From the IMG/VR virus record IMGVR_UViG_3300042549_005585, positions 15,815-79,814 of that record: 64,000 nucleotides of DNA. One strand, 5' to 3'. A model generated the notes under the pieces. It saw only the letters and a list, made by a program, of their open reading frames with translations, was not told where the DNA came from and searched no databases. Every line of letters starts with the position of its first letter. Position 1 is the first letter of the stretch. Both the position numbers and the translations under genes were made by a program. This stretch comes from a virus. This document shows, piece by piece, positions 28,212-37,391 of the stretch.

Positions 28212-30261
28212 TCTTGATATTAGCTAATTGTTTTAACCTATCCGCTTCTTCTTTTAACACACTAGAGGCAGGTGAGCCATTAAGTGTTACTTCTTTAGCG
28301 CTATAAACACGTTTAGGTGATTCATTGTCTGAGAAATATCCTCCACTTATACTTTCATCATTAATGAATGATTCATCACCATCAATATTTGATTCTACTA
28401 CTTTACCATTACTATCTAATAATACCCAATTTGTGTAACGTCCTTCAGTTTCTTCTACTGGTAGTAGAGTATAATAGTTTCCTCCTGATTGGATAAAGAA
28501 TGGTAATGCGTAAAGCATTGTTAAGTATTTTTGATCCCCATTCACCTTATTAGCTAGATCAAGTAATGTTTTTCTTTCTTGTGGTGATAATGTAAGCCAC
28601 TGTTTAGCTAAAATAGGAGCAGGATCTACATCTTGGTTTGGTGAATCAAAAAATGTAGCCATTTTCTCTTCATCAGGATTAAGATTTTCTCCAAATTTCC
28701 AGTTAACAAATAACTTACTATATATTGAAAATAAATTTTTTAATTTATCATTATCAATGTACTTGATAGCAGATGGAGGTAAGTAATCTAATTCTTTAAG
28801 ATGTTTCTTAACAAACTCCTTAGATGATTTTTCTCCAAAATATTTTTCTACTAACTCAAGAGATAAAACATTATCATAAGCATCCATATACTTTTCCTTA
28901 GCAGGCTCATCTAGATACTGAATGAAAGGTAATGGTATAGGTGTTTTACTATAGTCTGTATGTCTAAAACGATATATAGCATAACGACTAGCTAATGATG
29001 GATAATCTTTTAAGTCAGCGTAAGTGAATTTTTGACCACTATCAATAGCAATATTAGCTAAAGTAGTAGTTCTACCTTCAAGTGAAATCTTATATTTAGG
29101 TAATATGCTTAGTATGTCTTGTTTCAAAGCGTTTTTCATTGCTTTAGCTTGAACATACATTATTTTCTCATCTTGAGTTAATTCCTTAAATTCATCAACA
29201 GATAAATTTTTACCTTGAGCAAACTTTCTAGCACGTTCACTACCTGATAACGCTACTGGTTTGAATAATTCTTTTAAGTTTTTAATTTTAGCCCAAGTGT
29301 CAGCAGGAACAATTTTAGATATATCATCCCAACTAGCGGCTTTATTATCTCCAGCATTATCAGCATTAGTGACTACATATGATTTACCATCAGCATTAGC
29401 TTGCAAAGCGATTGCATGGTACGGATCATCAAAATAAGAATGTTCAGGAGCTGATGTTTTACTACGATCAAAAATAAAATAAAATGTAGGTGCTTCTTCT
29501 TTGAATCGATAATAATCGTAGTTAGTATTTCCGGGTTGTGCGACACACCAACCATATTTTTTTCTGTTAGTTGATGCTACTGTAGGATTGTATTGAATAC
29601 ACTTATGTACTTCATCACACTTATAAACCTCAATATCTCCTTTACTATATATCTTATCAGCGTCAGTTTCAGCTAAGTTTTCACCTTCCTCTCCAACTTT
29701 AATTTGTGTTGGAAATAAAGCATCTAGCATTTGCTCTAAACTTTGCCATCTGTAATTACGAGGATCTAAATATAAATCATTAGCTAACAAACGAGCAGGT
29801 ATAAATTTCTTAACTTCCTCCTTAGTGAATCTTTCATCTTCAGTACCATTCTCAACAGCATACTTTAAATCTTTCTTCTTATTCATGAAGCGAGCCACGT
29901 ATGATTGAGCTGTAGTTTTGTCTATTTGCTCTTTATCAACAAATTTCTTAATGGCTTCTTTCTTAATTTTCTCCTCGTTTTGAGGTAAAGACTTAAGTAA
30001 GTTTACCATATCATTGTAAGAATACTTATCAATGTTAAGATAATTATTATTTTGTTTTAAATCATCTGGTAGTACAATTATGTCTAGTTTCTGTGCTAAT
30101 GATGATTTCTTTTGATCAAATTGTTGAATTAATTGACGAGCAGCATTAACAGCGGCTTTATCATTAGAATCAATACCCCATCTAGCAATAGTATCATTTA
30201 TTGTCTTTTCTGTGTATTCTCTTAGCAAAACTTCTTGTAATATATTGGATAATCGCGTCAT
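28204..30261 (-). CDS. 685-aa putative internal head protein
   Basis: MTRLSNILQE leader; GWCV...YFIFD segment; scaffold-like C-terminus RLKQLANIK. Confidence 0.55.
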   Translation of the reverse strand: MTRLSNILQEVLLREYTEKTINDTIARWGIDSNDKAAVNAARQLIQQFDQKKSSLAQKLDIIVLPDDLKQNNNYLNIDKYSYNDMVNLLKSLPQNEEKIKKEAIKKFVDKEQIDKTTAQSYVARFMNKKKDLKYAVENGTEDERFTKEEVKKFIPARLLANDLYLDPRNYRWQSLEQMLDALFPTQIKVGEEGENLAETDADKIYSKGDIEVYKCDEVHKCIQYNPTVASTNRKKYGWCVAQPGNTNYDYYRFKEEAPTFYFIFDRSKTSAPEHSYFDDPYHAIALQANADGKSYVVTNADNAGDNKAASWDDISKIVPADTWAKIKNLKELFKPVALSGSERARKFAQGKNLSVDEFKELTQDEKIMYVQAKAMKNALKQDILSILPKYKISLEGRTTTLANIAIDSGQKFTYADLKDYPSLASRYAIYRFRHTDYSKTPIPLPFIQYLDEPAKEKYMDAYDNVLSLELVEKYFGEKSSKEFVKKHLKELDYLPPSAIKYIDNDKLKNLFSIYSKLFVNWKFGENLNPDEEKMATFFDSPNQDVDPAPILAKQWLTLSPQERKTLLDLANKVNGDQKYLTMLYALPFFIQSGGNYYTLLPVEETEGRYTNWVLLDSNGKVVESNIDGDESFINDESISGGYFSDNESPKRVYSAKEVTLNGSPASSVLKEEADRLKQLANIKND

Positions 30262-30275
30262 TGGTAGTAATATAT

Positions 30276-30284
30276 TATAAATAT
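30276..30284 (-). promoter_or_regulatory. Late-promoter motif ATATTTATA heading the cargo operon
   Basis: One of ~21 intergenic copies; 14 nt upstream of ATG 30261. Confidence 0.65.
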
Positions 30285-30289
30285 GTAAT

Positions 30290-30321
30290 AAAAATGCGCC
30301 TTATTGTTAGTAAGACGCATT
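30290..30321 (-). terminator. Intrinsic terminator
   Basis: AATGCGTCTTA/TAAGGCGCATT stem followed by T-run on the minus strand. Confidence 0.65.
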
Positions 30322-30349
30322 ATTTAACGTTAATTTTTGAATATGGTAA

Positions 30350-30736
30350 TTATGCTGGTTCGTATTCTTTACCGCCAATTTTAGCGAATAAAATCGTTTT
30401 AGTGTTGATTATACGATAACCGTCGGACGTTTTAGCGGCGATCGGATCCCATACAGGCAATAAACCTTTAGCTACTGGATCGTACGGCAATTCACCACCA
30501 TGTAGATATTTTTTAACTCCCAAGCGACAGTTCATGGTGCGTTCAGTACCATCTTTCTTAATAAACTTAACAGTGAAAAATGCACCTTTAGTATCCTTAA
30601 TTAACTGAATGATATCATCCAATGGTAATTTAGTTGGTCCACTAGTGGGAGTTGAAGCAGGTGCTTCTTCTTCTTCACTAAGTATTTCCTTAATGATACT
30701 TTTTACTATTTGTCTTTTAATTTTGTCGCTTGCCAT
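30350..30736 (-). CDS. SH3/WYL-like fold protein with amphipathic IIKE leader
   Basis: FTVKFIKKDGTERTM...VWD...GYR motif. Confidence 0.55.
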   Translation of the reverse strand: MASDKIKRQIVKSIIKEILSEEEEAPASTPTSGPTKLPLDDIIQLIKDTKGAFFTVKFIKKDGTERTMNCRLGVKKYLHGGELPYDPVAKGLLPVWDPIAAKTSDGYRIINTKTILFAKIGGKEYEPA

Positions 30737-30747
30737 ATTGATAAATA

Positions 30748-31527
30748 TTATTCTTCTACTTTCGCTTCCTTAGCGGTTTTAGCTTCATAAACTCTGTTAG
30801 AAACAGTATGATACTTATGACACTCATTACATTGTAATTGAATACGTGGTGTACCAGTTGCAGTATAGCGTTTTTGTGAGAAACGTAAATCTTCAGATCC
30901 ACATTCAGGACATGAATACTTTTCACCACCATTTGCTACACCATAATGTGTTTTATGGGGAACATAGTTAGATAATTGATCGTGTACTTTTTCAAGTATA
31001 GTAACATCATTTTTACAATATGTTACCATTTTCTCTAATGATTCCTTATCCTTATTTAAGACAATTTCTTTCCATAAGTCGAAACCACCAGTCTCTAATT
31101 TTTCACCTACCTTCAAATACTGAGCGATATAGTCTAAACGATTCGAATTGAATCTAAATTTAGAGCGTGAGTGTTTTAAAGTGTCAATTGTAGTGTATGT
31201 TGGGAAAACAGGTATACGATGGAATAGGCAACGTGTCCTAATCCAAGGTAAATCAAATTTATCTCCATTATGACCCACTAATTCAGATGCTTCGTTTGCG
31301 ATGCTTATGAATTTTTCTAACATTTTTTTGTCGTCTTGGTTGTTATCCCAAGTTAATGAATAAACCTTATCTTCACCTGCCCATTTATAGCAGATACAGA
31401 TAATGGCTCTTTCTTTGATAATATTGCTGTATGGTACATTTAATTTGTACCCTGCAGACCAAAAGAATCCGATGTTTGGACTAGTCTCTATGTCAAAGAA
31501 TAGTCTTTTCTTCTTGTTTTCTATCAT
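30748..31527 (-). CDS. RNase H-like (DEDD) 3'-5' exonuclease with C-terminal Zn ribbon
   Basis: FFDIETS, HNGDKFD, YCKNDV; CPECGS...CNEC. Confidence 0.85.
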   Translation of the reverse strand: MIENKKKRLFFDIETSPNIGFFWSAGYKLNVPYSNIIKERAIICICYKWAGEDKVYSLTWDNNQDDKKMLEKFISIANEASELVGHNGDKFDLPWIRTRCLFHRIPVFPTYTTIDTLKHSRSKFRFNSNRLDYIAQYLKVGEKLETGGFDLWKEIVLNKDKESLEKMVTYCKNDVTILEKVHDQLSNYVPHKTHYGVANGGEKYSCPECGSEDLRFSQKRYTATGTPRIQLQCNECHKYHTVSNRVYEAKTAKEAKVEE

Positions 31528-31546
31528 AACGATATATTGGTTAACA

Positions 31547-31578
31547 TGAAAATAGCTGCCCTTATTTGGGCAGCCAAG
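31547..31578 (-). promoter_or_regulatory. Overlapping terminator hairpin and Bacteroidota-type promoter
   Basis: CTTG-N20-TATTTTCA in which the spacer is the hairpin GCTGCCC-aaataa-GGGCAGC. Confidence 0.55.
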
Positions 31579-31587
31579 CTTGTTTAT

Positions 31588-32535
31588 TTAATCTATGTCA
31601 AGATCGATTGAGTCATCGTTCTTGTCTACTATAATGAAATCCTTGACTCCACTATCACTAGTCATGTAGATTCGAATATCATTTCCGTACGCTTCAATTT
31701 TAGTGACAGTAACTTTATCTCCTTTAGAAAAATTACCCATTCCACTTGCTACAGTAAATGTATCTCCATCTTTGATATGAGCGGCAGATACCGCTTCGTT
31801 TGTTTTTTGTTTCATAACCTTGTTTATAATTCTTTGTTTAATTTCTTTAATAACACTACGTCTTCTCTTTTGCTCAGCCAACGGAGCCTCTTCCTCACCT
31901 GGTAATGCTAAACTACCTGGTTCACCTTCACCTTCACCAGGCGCTGGTGTTTCAGGAGCTGCTTCAGGTGCTGTTTCACCTCCTATAGGTGTTTCAGGAG
32001 CAGGAGCTTCAGCTGATGTTTCTGTTCCTACTGCTTCAATAGGTTTAGGAGAGCCTATAGATAATAGAGTAGCAATTTTCTCAACCGCGTTCTCAAACTC
32101 ACCTAAATTAAGTAAGTAATAACGTCTACCTCCTGCTTTTATCTCATATGTTTTACCCATAAACTTCATATAGAAGGATTGGTTATTATGAAGTACAACT
32201 TTAAAAGTAGTTGGTTTAGGCGCTATAATATAGATACCTGTAACGTAATTTCTAAAGTCAGGAGTCATTAAATCCTCAATAGTACGATTAAGTGAAGGGT
32301 ATGTCTGTAAAATATATTCCAATGGATTAGACTCAAAAGTGATAGGTTCATCTTTTGGTTCTTCAATAGGTGTCTCTTCAGGAGTATCTACAGGTGTTTC
32401 TTCAGGTGTGTCTACAGGTGTTTCTTCAGGAGTTTCCTCATCAACCTCCATAAGATCTACATCATGTCCTTTGATACGCTCTTGAACTTTTTGTATTATT
32501 GCATTACGCAATATGTCTTTTTTAGTTTGTTCCAT
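31588..32535 (-). CDS. Pro/Glu-rich putative head-associated protein
   Basis: ETP repeats flank a globular core. Confidence 0.5.
   Translation of the reverse strand: MEQTKKDILRNAIIQKVQERIKGHDVDLMEVDEETPEETPVDTPEETPVDTPEETPIEEPKDEPITFESNPLEYILQTYPSLNRTIEDLMTPDFRNYVTGIYIIAPKPTTFKVVLHNNQSFYMKFMGKTYEIKAGGRRYYLLNLGEFENAVEKIATLLSIGSPKPIEAVGTETSAEAPAPETPIGGETAPEAAPETPAPGEGEGEPGSLALPGEEEAPLAEQKRRRSVIKEIKQRIINKVMKQKTNEAVSAAHIKDGDTFTVASGMGNFSKGDKVTVTKIEAYGNDIRIYMTSDSGVKDFIIVDKNDDSIDLDID
32368..32437 (-). repeat. 24-nt coding tandem repeat (TPEETPVD, ~3 copies)
   Basis: ETPEETPVDTPEETPVDTPEETP. Confidence 0.8.
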
Positions 32536-32897
32536 TAGTATGTTTCTTCATTGTTTTTTTCAGTCATATACTCAGTTACACTGTGTATGTAGTCTGAAGC
32601 TAATGTAATGTAAGCTGATATCCAACCTGGAAGTTCAGTTCCTGGTTGTATCATTCTGTATGCTTTAGCTCCATTCATAAGCATATCTCTTAATTCACCT
32701 TTAGCCATTGTAGCTTCATGGTCAGATGATGGTTGACCTAAAACATCTCCACCTTCGTTAGTTGTAGCTTTGCTAATTGCTTTACGACGCTTAAGAAGAT
32801 ATTTGTCTGTTTTATCTACTTTTCCATCATTGTTGATGTCAGAATCTTCTTGTCCTACAGGATCCATTGATTCTAATATTTTGGATAGTTTAATCAT
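32535..32897 (-). CDS. Candidate cargo protein with EF-hand/dockerin-like loop
   Basis: MIKLSKILE leader; [14 protein letters not shown]. Confidence 0.6.
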   Translation of the reverse strand: MIKLSKILESMDPVGQEDSDINNDGKVDKTDKYLLKRRKAISKATTNEGGDVLGQPSSDHEATMAKGELRDMLMNGAKAYRMIQPGTELPGWISAYITLASDYIHSVTEYMTEKNNEETY

Positions 32898-33496
32898 TAC
32901 GATAATAAATTATGATATTCTTTAAAATGTTTAATACGATCAGCTAAACCGATAGTTCCTCCATTCACACGCTTAGTAATTGAAGTTACTACAGCATCTG
33001 TAGCACCACCATCAGCCATTATATGTAATTTGTTCTTATTAAAGAACCAAGCCGCTGATAATAAAGCGTATTTGTCTGCAACTACTGTTGGGTTAGCAGC
33101 TATGTCTTCGTTTATTGATTTACCAAATGCTGTGTAGTTATCTTTACCTGTTAATTGGATATAGCCACGACCACAGTACTTAGCTCCATCACCAGTAGAT
33201 TCAGGACCGTTACCCATTCTACCACCATACACTTTATTAGCAATTTTTTCAGGTTTTCTTTCATAAGGCAAAGCTGATTCTAATGTAGGAAAATATTTTT
33301 TAAAAATACCATTTAATCCTTTTGCTGAATAATTTAAATTCTCTTTTGTTAATCTAAATCCACCACTTTCATGTCCACATTGAGCTAAAAAATGAGCTAA
33401 ACGTAATGGGGTATTGATTTGGAACTTTTCCATTACTCCTGGAATTTGTTCAATTACTTTGTCAGGTATGTGTCCTTTTAATTTATTTAAGTTCAT
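32897..33496 (-). CDS. Glycoside hydrolase family 19 endolysin
   Basis: [32 protein letters not shown]-type [10 protein letters not shown]. Confidence 0.92.
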   Translation of the reverse strand: MNLNKLKGHIPDKVIEQIPGVMEKFQINTPLRLAHFLAQCGHESGGFRLTKENLNYSAKGLNGIFKKYFPTLESALPYERKPEKIANKVYGGRMGNGPESTGDGAKYCGRGYIQLTGKDNYTAFGKSINEDIAANPTVVADKYALLSAAWFFNKNKLHIMADGGATDAVVTSITKRVNGGTIGLADRIKHFKEYHNLLS

Positions 33497-33515
33497 ATTA
33501 TTTTATATAAATGGT

Positions 33516-34703
33516 TTAATTTTTATCCATAACCACCATAGCTTGGTAATTACCATTTGGCAATTGCCACATAGCTTCATCTACTATAAAACTACCAAAA
33601 CTAGCTTGGTCTGTTTTCATTTTTTTAAAAATTTGAGTTCTAGCATTTGCACGAGCTGCCATTCTTGCTGCTGATTCTGTTTGTCCAACAGCTTCACCAA
33701 ACGCTTTAGATGTAGTAGAATCACTATTATACCCACTCCATTCTTTTCTTATTTTTTCTAAATCTCTATCTTGAGTTCGTTTGCCAGGTATCATTACAGT
33801 TTTTGGCTCGTCTTGTTTCTTTTGTATTTTACTTTGAACAAAAGATACACCTTGCTTAACCTTATCTTTTAGTCCTTGAAAATTTTGCGCTTGTCCTGTT
33901 TTAGGAGTACCTAATGACATTAAAGTAATTCCGGCTCCAGCTAATGCTTGTTTCCAATTCATTTCTGTTATATTTTCTTTTAATGATTTATCATCATTGT
34001 AATTCTTAACAAGGAAAGCATCTATAGTTGATTTCTTATAACCCAATAATTCACCCATACGTTTAGTATCTTCATATGATGCTTTAGAAGAAGCATACCC
34101 ACCGTATCTATTAATTATATTAGTAAATTCTTTAGCATCTGCTTCAGCTCCAGGAACATACACTACATATACTTCAGCCCCTGGTCTTTGGTCTATACCT
34201 ATTTTTTTAAGTCCGTTATCATTAATTATTTTAATAGTTTCAGCAGCATCAGATTGTCCTCTTAAAGCAATCATAGCTACTTTTCTTTTACCATTAACTA
34301 ATGTTTGAACAGAGCCAACATTGCTGTACGCCTCAGATGGATCAATATTTTCTTTCATTTTATTTAAACGTTGTGTTTTTGCTTTAGATGCTTCTCTACG
34401 TTTTTCAATATAGTCTAAAGCACGTTTTAAACGAGATTTTACATCAGGATCTTTAGCTTTACTATATGCTGCTCTTACACGTTGATGAATTACATTAATA
34501 ATTTGTGATTTACGAGCATGTGGTTTAGACTTAAATGATGATTTTGATAAAGTATCTTTTATATCTTGAGTTGTTTTAAATTTAATACTTACAGTATCTT
34601 TTGGATTTTCATCAGTATATAAACGACGGCCTGATCCTTTAGGTTTTTTTCCTGTACCTACTTTAGGATCTGTTTCATTTAATATATCTAATAACTCGTT
34701 CAT
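33516..34703 (-). CDS. Multi-module candidate cargo protein
   Basis: Start moved to MNELLDILNE (34703); basic RRLYTDENPKDT module, middle module, and terminal module with a signal-peptide-like segment. Confidence 0.6.
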   Translation of the reverse strand: MNELLDILNETDPKVGTGKKPKGSGRRLYTDENPKDTVSIKFKTTQDIKDTLSKSSFKSKPHARKSQIINVIHQRVRAAYSKAKDPDVKSRLKRALDYIEKRREASKAKTQRLNKMKENIDPSEAYSNVGSVQTLVNGKRKVAMIALRGQSDAAETIKIINDNGLKKIGIDQRPGAEVYVVYVPGAEADAKEFTNIINRYGGYASSKASYEDTKRMGELLGYKKSTIDAFLVKNYNDDKSLKENITEMNWKQALAGAGITLMSLGTPKTGQAQNFQGLKDKVKQGVSFVQSKIQKKQDEPKTVMIPGKRTQDRDLEKIRKEWSGYNSDSTTSKAFGEAVGQTESAARMAARANARTQIFKKMKTDQASFGSFIVDEAMWQLPNGNYQAMVVMDKN

Positions 34704-34704
34704 A

Positions 34705-35070
34705 TTACCATTTTCTACAAGACCAATATCTAGCTTTAGTACGTGGTCCTGGGTTTTTACAATTATGTCTAGCTCTAAATGCAGCACGACGTTTAGGATT
34801 ATTTTTCTTTATATTCATTCCTTTAGCGCCGAAATTAACTTTAACTACTTTGCCAGCAGGATTTTTAACATATACTTTAAACTTCTTAACATCACCTTGC
34901 ATTGGTTTACCTAACGCTACTTTACGACCACGGTATTCAGCTTCTGTTATATCAGACTCATCTAATTGTTTAACGTATTCTCTTATGAATTGAACAAACT
35001 CTTTAATATCATCTGCGTTTTCAACATCATATTCATCTATTTCATTAATATTTGATTCTGGTGTTTTCAT
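34705..35070 (-). CDS. Basic phage protein (KVYVK...FRARH.C...YWSCRKW family)
   Basis: Acidic N-terminal part ending ITE, then a basic Cys/His/Trp domain. Confidence 0.6.
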   Translation of the reverse strand: MKTPESNINEIDEYDVENADDIKEFVQFIREYVKQLDESDITEAEYRGRKVALGKPMQGDVKKFKVYVKNPAGKVVKVNFGAKGMNIKKNNPKRRAAFRARHNCKNPGPRTKARYWSCRKW

Positions 35071-35075
35071 AGTTT

Positions 35076-35528
35076 TTATTTATTAAATTTAACTTTTGCT
35101 TTTTTAGTGTTAGGTACAAATTGTTTTCCTTGTTTAGACCCAGCTATTTTTTTACGAGTAGTAGCGGCACGCTCAGCTTTAGTTAAACTTTGAGCTTTAG
35201 CTTTAGGTAAACAACGTTGTGTTGGTTTACCTTTAGGCATTGAACCACAATCACCAGCTATATTTCCTTGAGTGTCAATTCTAACCCACTTTTCTTTATC
35301 AAACCAATTCTTTAATGACTCATTCTCAATTTCTTCCTTCCAAGTTTTTTGTTTTTTACCTTTAAACTTAATACTACCCTTACATACTTTAACGGCACGA
35401 CCAGATAGATAAGCAGATGATTTCTCACCAGCGGCTTTACGAGCTGCAAGATATGCTTTACCACGAGGGCAAAGTTTACTCTCAACAATCTCAATAGCTA
35501 ATGATTCAACAATTCTTTTTATGTCCAT
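35076..35528 (-). CDS. Basic Cys-containing phage protein
   Basis: Start moved to MDIKRIVES (35528); SLKNWF..KWV...CG...CLP module. Confidence 0.6.
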   Translation of the reverse strand: MDIKRIVESLAIEIVESKLCPRGKAYLAARKAAGEKSSAYLSGRAVKVCKGSIKFKGKKQKTWKEEIENESLKNWFDKEKWVRIDTQGNIAGDCGSMPKGKPTQRCLPKAKAQSLTKAERAATTRKKIAGSKQGKQFVPNTKKAKVKFNK

Positions 35529-35529
35529 G

Positions 35530-35763
35530 TTACTTATTAGTTGGATGCCACCAATTGCAGCAATATTCATCAGCGGGATATGGAACTTCAGCTTTATCAT
35601 CATTCCATTGTAGCCAATATTTGTTATTACATTTGTTACCTTTTGCTACCCAATATTCACAGTTAGCACACATAGAACCACCTTTAGTCACCCTCATACC
35701 AGGCTGATGGTCAGCTGGGTATTCAATTGGTCCTTCTAGTAGTAGAGCGTCTATTAGTTTCAT
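35530..35763 (-). CDS. Small HiPIP-like Cys-rich protein with MKLIDALLLE leader
   Basis: CANCEYW...C...YCCNWW. Confidence 0.5.
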   Translation of the reverse strand: MKLIDALLLEGPIEYPADHQPGMRVTKGGSMCANCEYWVAKGNKCNNKYWLQWNDDKAEVPYPADEYCCNWWHPTNK

Positions 35764-35954
35764 TATTTCTTTTTGTCTTTAGCAGATAAATAAGCGGCTA
35801 CAGCCATTTTTTGTCTTTTCTCTTTAGACTTACCTCTAAATTGAGGTGCTTTAGATTTTTCAAAATCAGAAATGTACTCACCTGCGCCCATTGAGGGTTT
35901 AAGTTTTTCTTGAATGATTTCTTTTACTAAAGCGCGTAATTTACTATTTGTCAT
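35763..35954 (-). CDS. Small putative head protein
   Basis: Start moved to MTNSKLRALVKEIIQE (35954); DF..S.APQF.GKSK..R..MA.AAY module. Confidence 0.55.
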   Translation of the reverse strand: MTNSKLRALVKEIIQEKLKPSMGAGEYISDFEKSKAPQFRGKSKEKRQKMAVAAYLSAKDKKK

Positions 35955-36150
35955 TTTTGCGTTTTTTATCTTTGATTCTGTAATACATTTGTACACATAG
36001 CCATCCTATAGAAGCAATGTAAAATAATCCTGTTAGGATAGGATTAAACATTTGAAAGAATGTATTTAGCGCCGCTAGGCATGTTGTTACTAATCCAGCT
36101 GTATTTGCTTCAGGTGTGTTCACTGCATTTAATAATTTAAGTAGTGTCAT
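35944..36150 (-). CDS. Small membrane protein (holin candidate)
   Basis: Hydrophobic helices and a basic C-terminal tail; 2.5 kb from the endolysin. Confidence 0.45.
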   Translation of the reverse strand: MTLLKLLNAVNTPEANTAGLVTTCLAALNTFFQMFNPILTGLFYIASIGWLCVQMYYRIKDKKRKNDK

Positions 36151-36160
36151 TTGGTTAACT

Positions 36161-36580
36161 TTATTTTTTTATCCAATGATATGTGTCAGCCATTGTCACT
36201 AATTTATATCCATCAGGTAAATTCTTTTCCATATATGTTTTATATACACGAGCACGTTTTTGTTCTGTGGGTCTAGCTATAAAATCATCTGGTTGGTGTT
36301 TTTTGACAAAGTCTAATCCTATTTCAAATACTGTAGACAACACACGTAATGCTACATTCTCTTGAGTATCTCTTCCCATTTCCTCAACAGTATTAAATAA
36401 TAATTCATATGTGTTATTACCATTCCAAGTGATACCAACTGTGTATTTGTTTTCAGGAGTACGAAATGAATAGAAGTAGTTACCATCATCATCAACAAAA
36501 TCATATTTCCATTTATATGGGTTTTGGATTTCACCAACTTCAGTTAGTACTTCTTGTAATATGTTAGTTAACTTAATCAC
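36161..36580 (-). CDS. Candidate cargo protein, paralog of 38437..38805
   Basis: GTG start, MIKLTNILQE leader. Confidence 0.6.
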   Translation of the reverse strand: MIKLTNILQEVLTEVGEIQNPYKWKYDFVDDDGNYFYSFRTPENKYTVGITWNGNNTYELLFNTVEEMGRDTQENVALRVLSTVFEIGLDFVKKHQPDDFIARPTEQKRARVYKTYMEKNLPDGYKLVTMADTYHWIKK

Positions 36581-36936
36581 TAATATGGTTTTGTTAATTG
36601 AACGTTACCAATAGGAGTAAAGTTTCTTACTCCTTCAATTCGTTTAATATCGTTAACTATAGTTTTAAGTGTTTGACTTGAGAATCCTTTATATGGATGG
36701 GGGTCAATCTTTAGATTAAGTTCTGTCTTATAGAATTTAGCACCTGTAACATCTCCTGATGTAGGCAATTCCTTAGATGTTGCTACTGTAACACCTGCTA
36801 TAGAACGTATATCAGATAATATTTCTGTTTGTCCGCGGTTTTCAGTATCAGTAATTAAAATACCTCTAAACTTGTAAACGTTTGGGTTTTCCGCTTCGGA
36901 TAGTAACTCCGCTAATATGGTAGATAATTTAACCAT
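36580..36936 (-). CDS. Candidate cargo protein
   Basis: MVKLSTILAE leader; DIRSIAGV/DIKRIEGV internal repeat. Confidence 0.55.
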   Translation of the reverse strand: MVKLSTILAELLSEAENPNVYKFRGILITDTENRGQTEILSDIRSIAGVTVATSKELPTSGDVTGAKFYKTELNLKIDPHPYKGFSSQTLKTIVNDIKRIEGVRNFTPIGNVQLTKPY

Positions 36937-37343
36937 TAGTGTAGGTAGATTAACTTATATTTAGTGGATTCAATTAACGCTATAAGCTCATCAATTTGGT
37001 TCTGGATGTATGAGTCTTGTGGGAGCAATGGTCTGTTTTTCTCAACATACATGCAAAGTGCTTCAAAGTATTTAACTACTACATTTTCATCATATTCCAA
37101 CACATCAGCCATGCCTTTGTATCCCTTTAATACACCGTAACGGCCTTGATATGATTCTATTAAACTGTCAACTAAATCAATGATACTATCATAGTATTTG
37201 TTTAGTGCTTTATGAGCAGCGAATGAATTAGTTTGTAAATGAAAAGTGTGCGCTTGAGTACGAGAATGAAATAATGTTGAAACAAAGTTCGCCATTACTT
37301 CAGTAGGTGCGCCTTGAGGAGCCGTTGAGATATTAATATCCAT
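36936..37343 (-). CDS. Ferritin/Dps-like four-helix protein
   Basis: H.FHLQT.SFA.HKAL..YY...D...E.YQG; NQIDE...TKYKL. Confidence 0.7.
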   Translation of the reverse strand: MDINISTAPQGAPTEVMANFVSTLFHSRTQAHTFHLQTNSFAAHKALNKYYDSIIDLVDSLIESYQGRYGVLKGYKGMADVLEYDENVVVKYFEALCMYVEKNRPLLPQDSYIQNQIDELIALIESTKYKLIYLH

Positions 37344-37391
37344 ATTTGTGAAATTTCGTATATAAATATAAATATGGAATAATGGAATATG

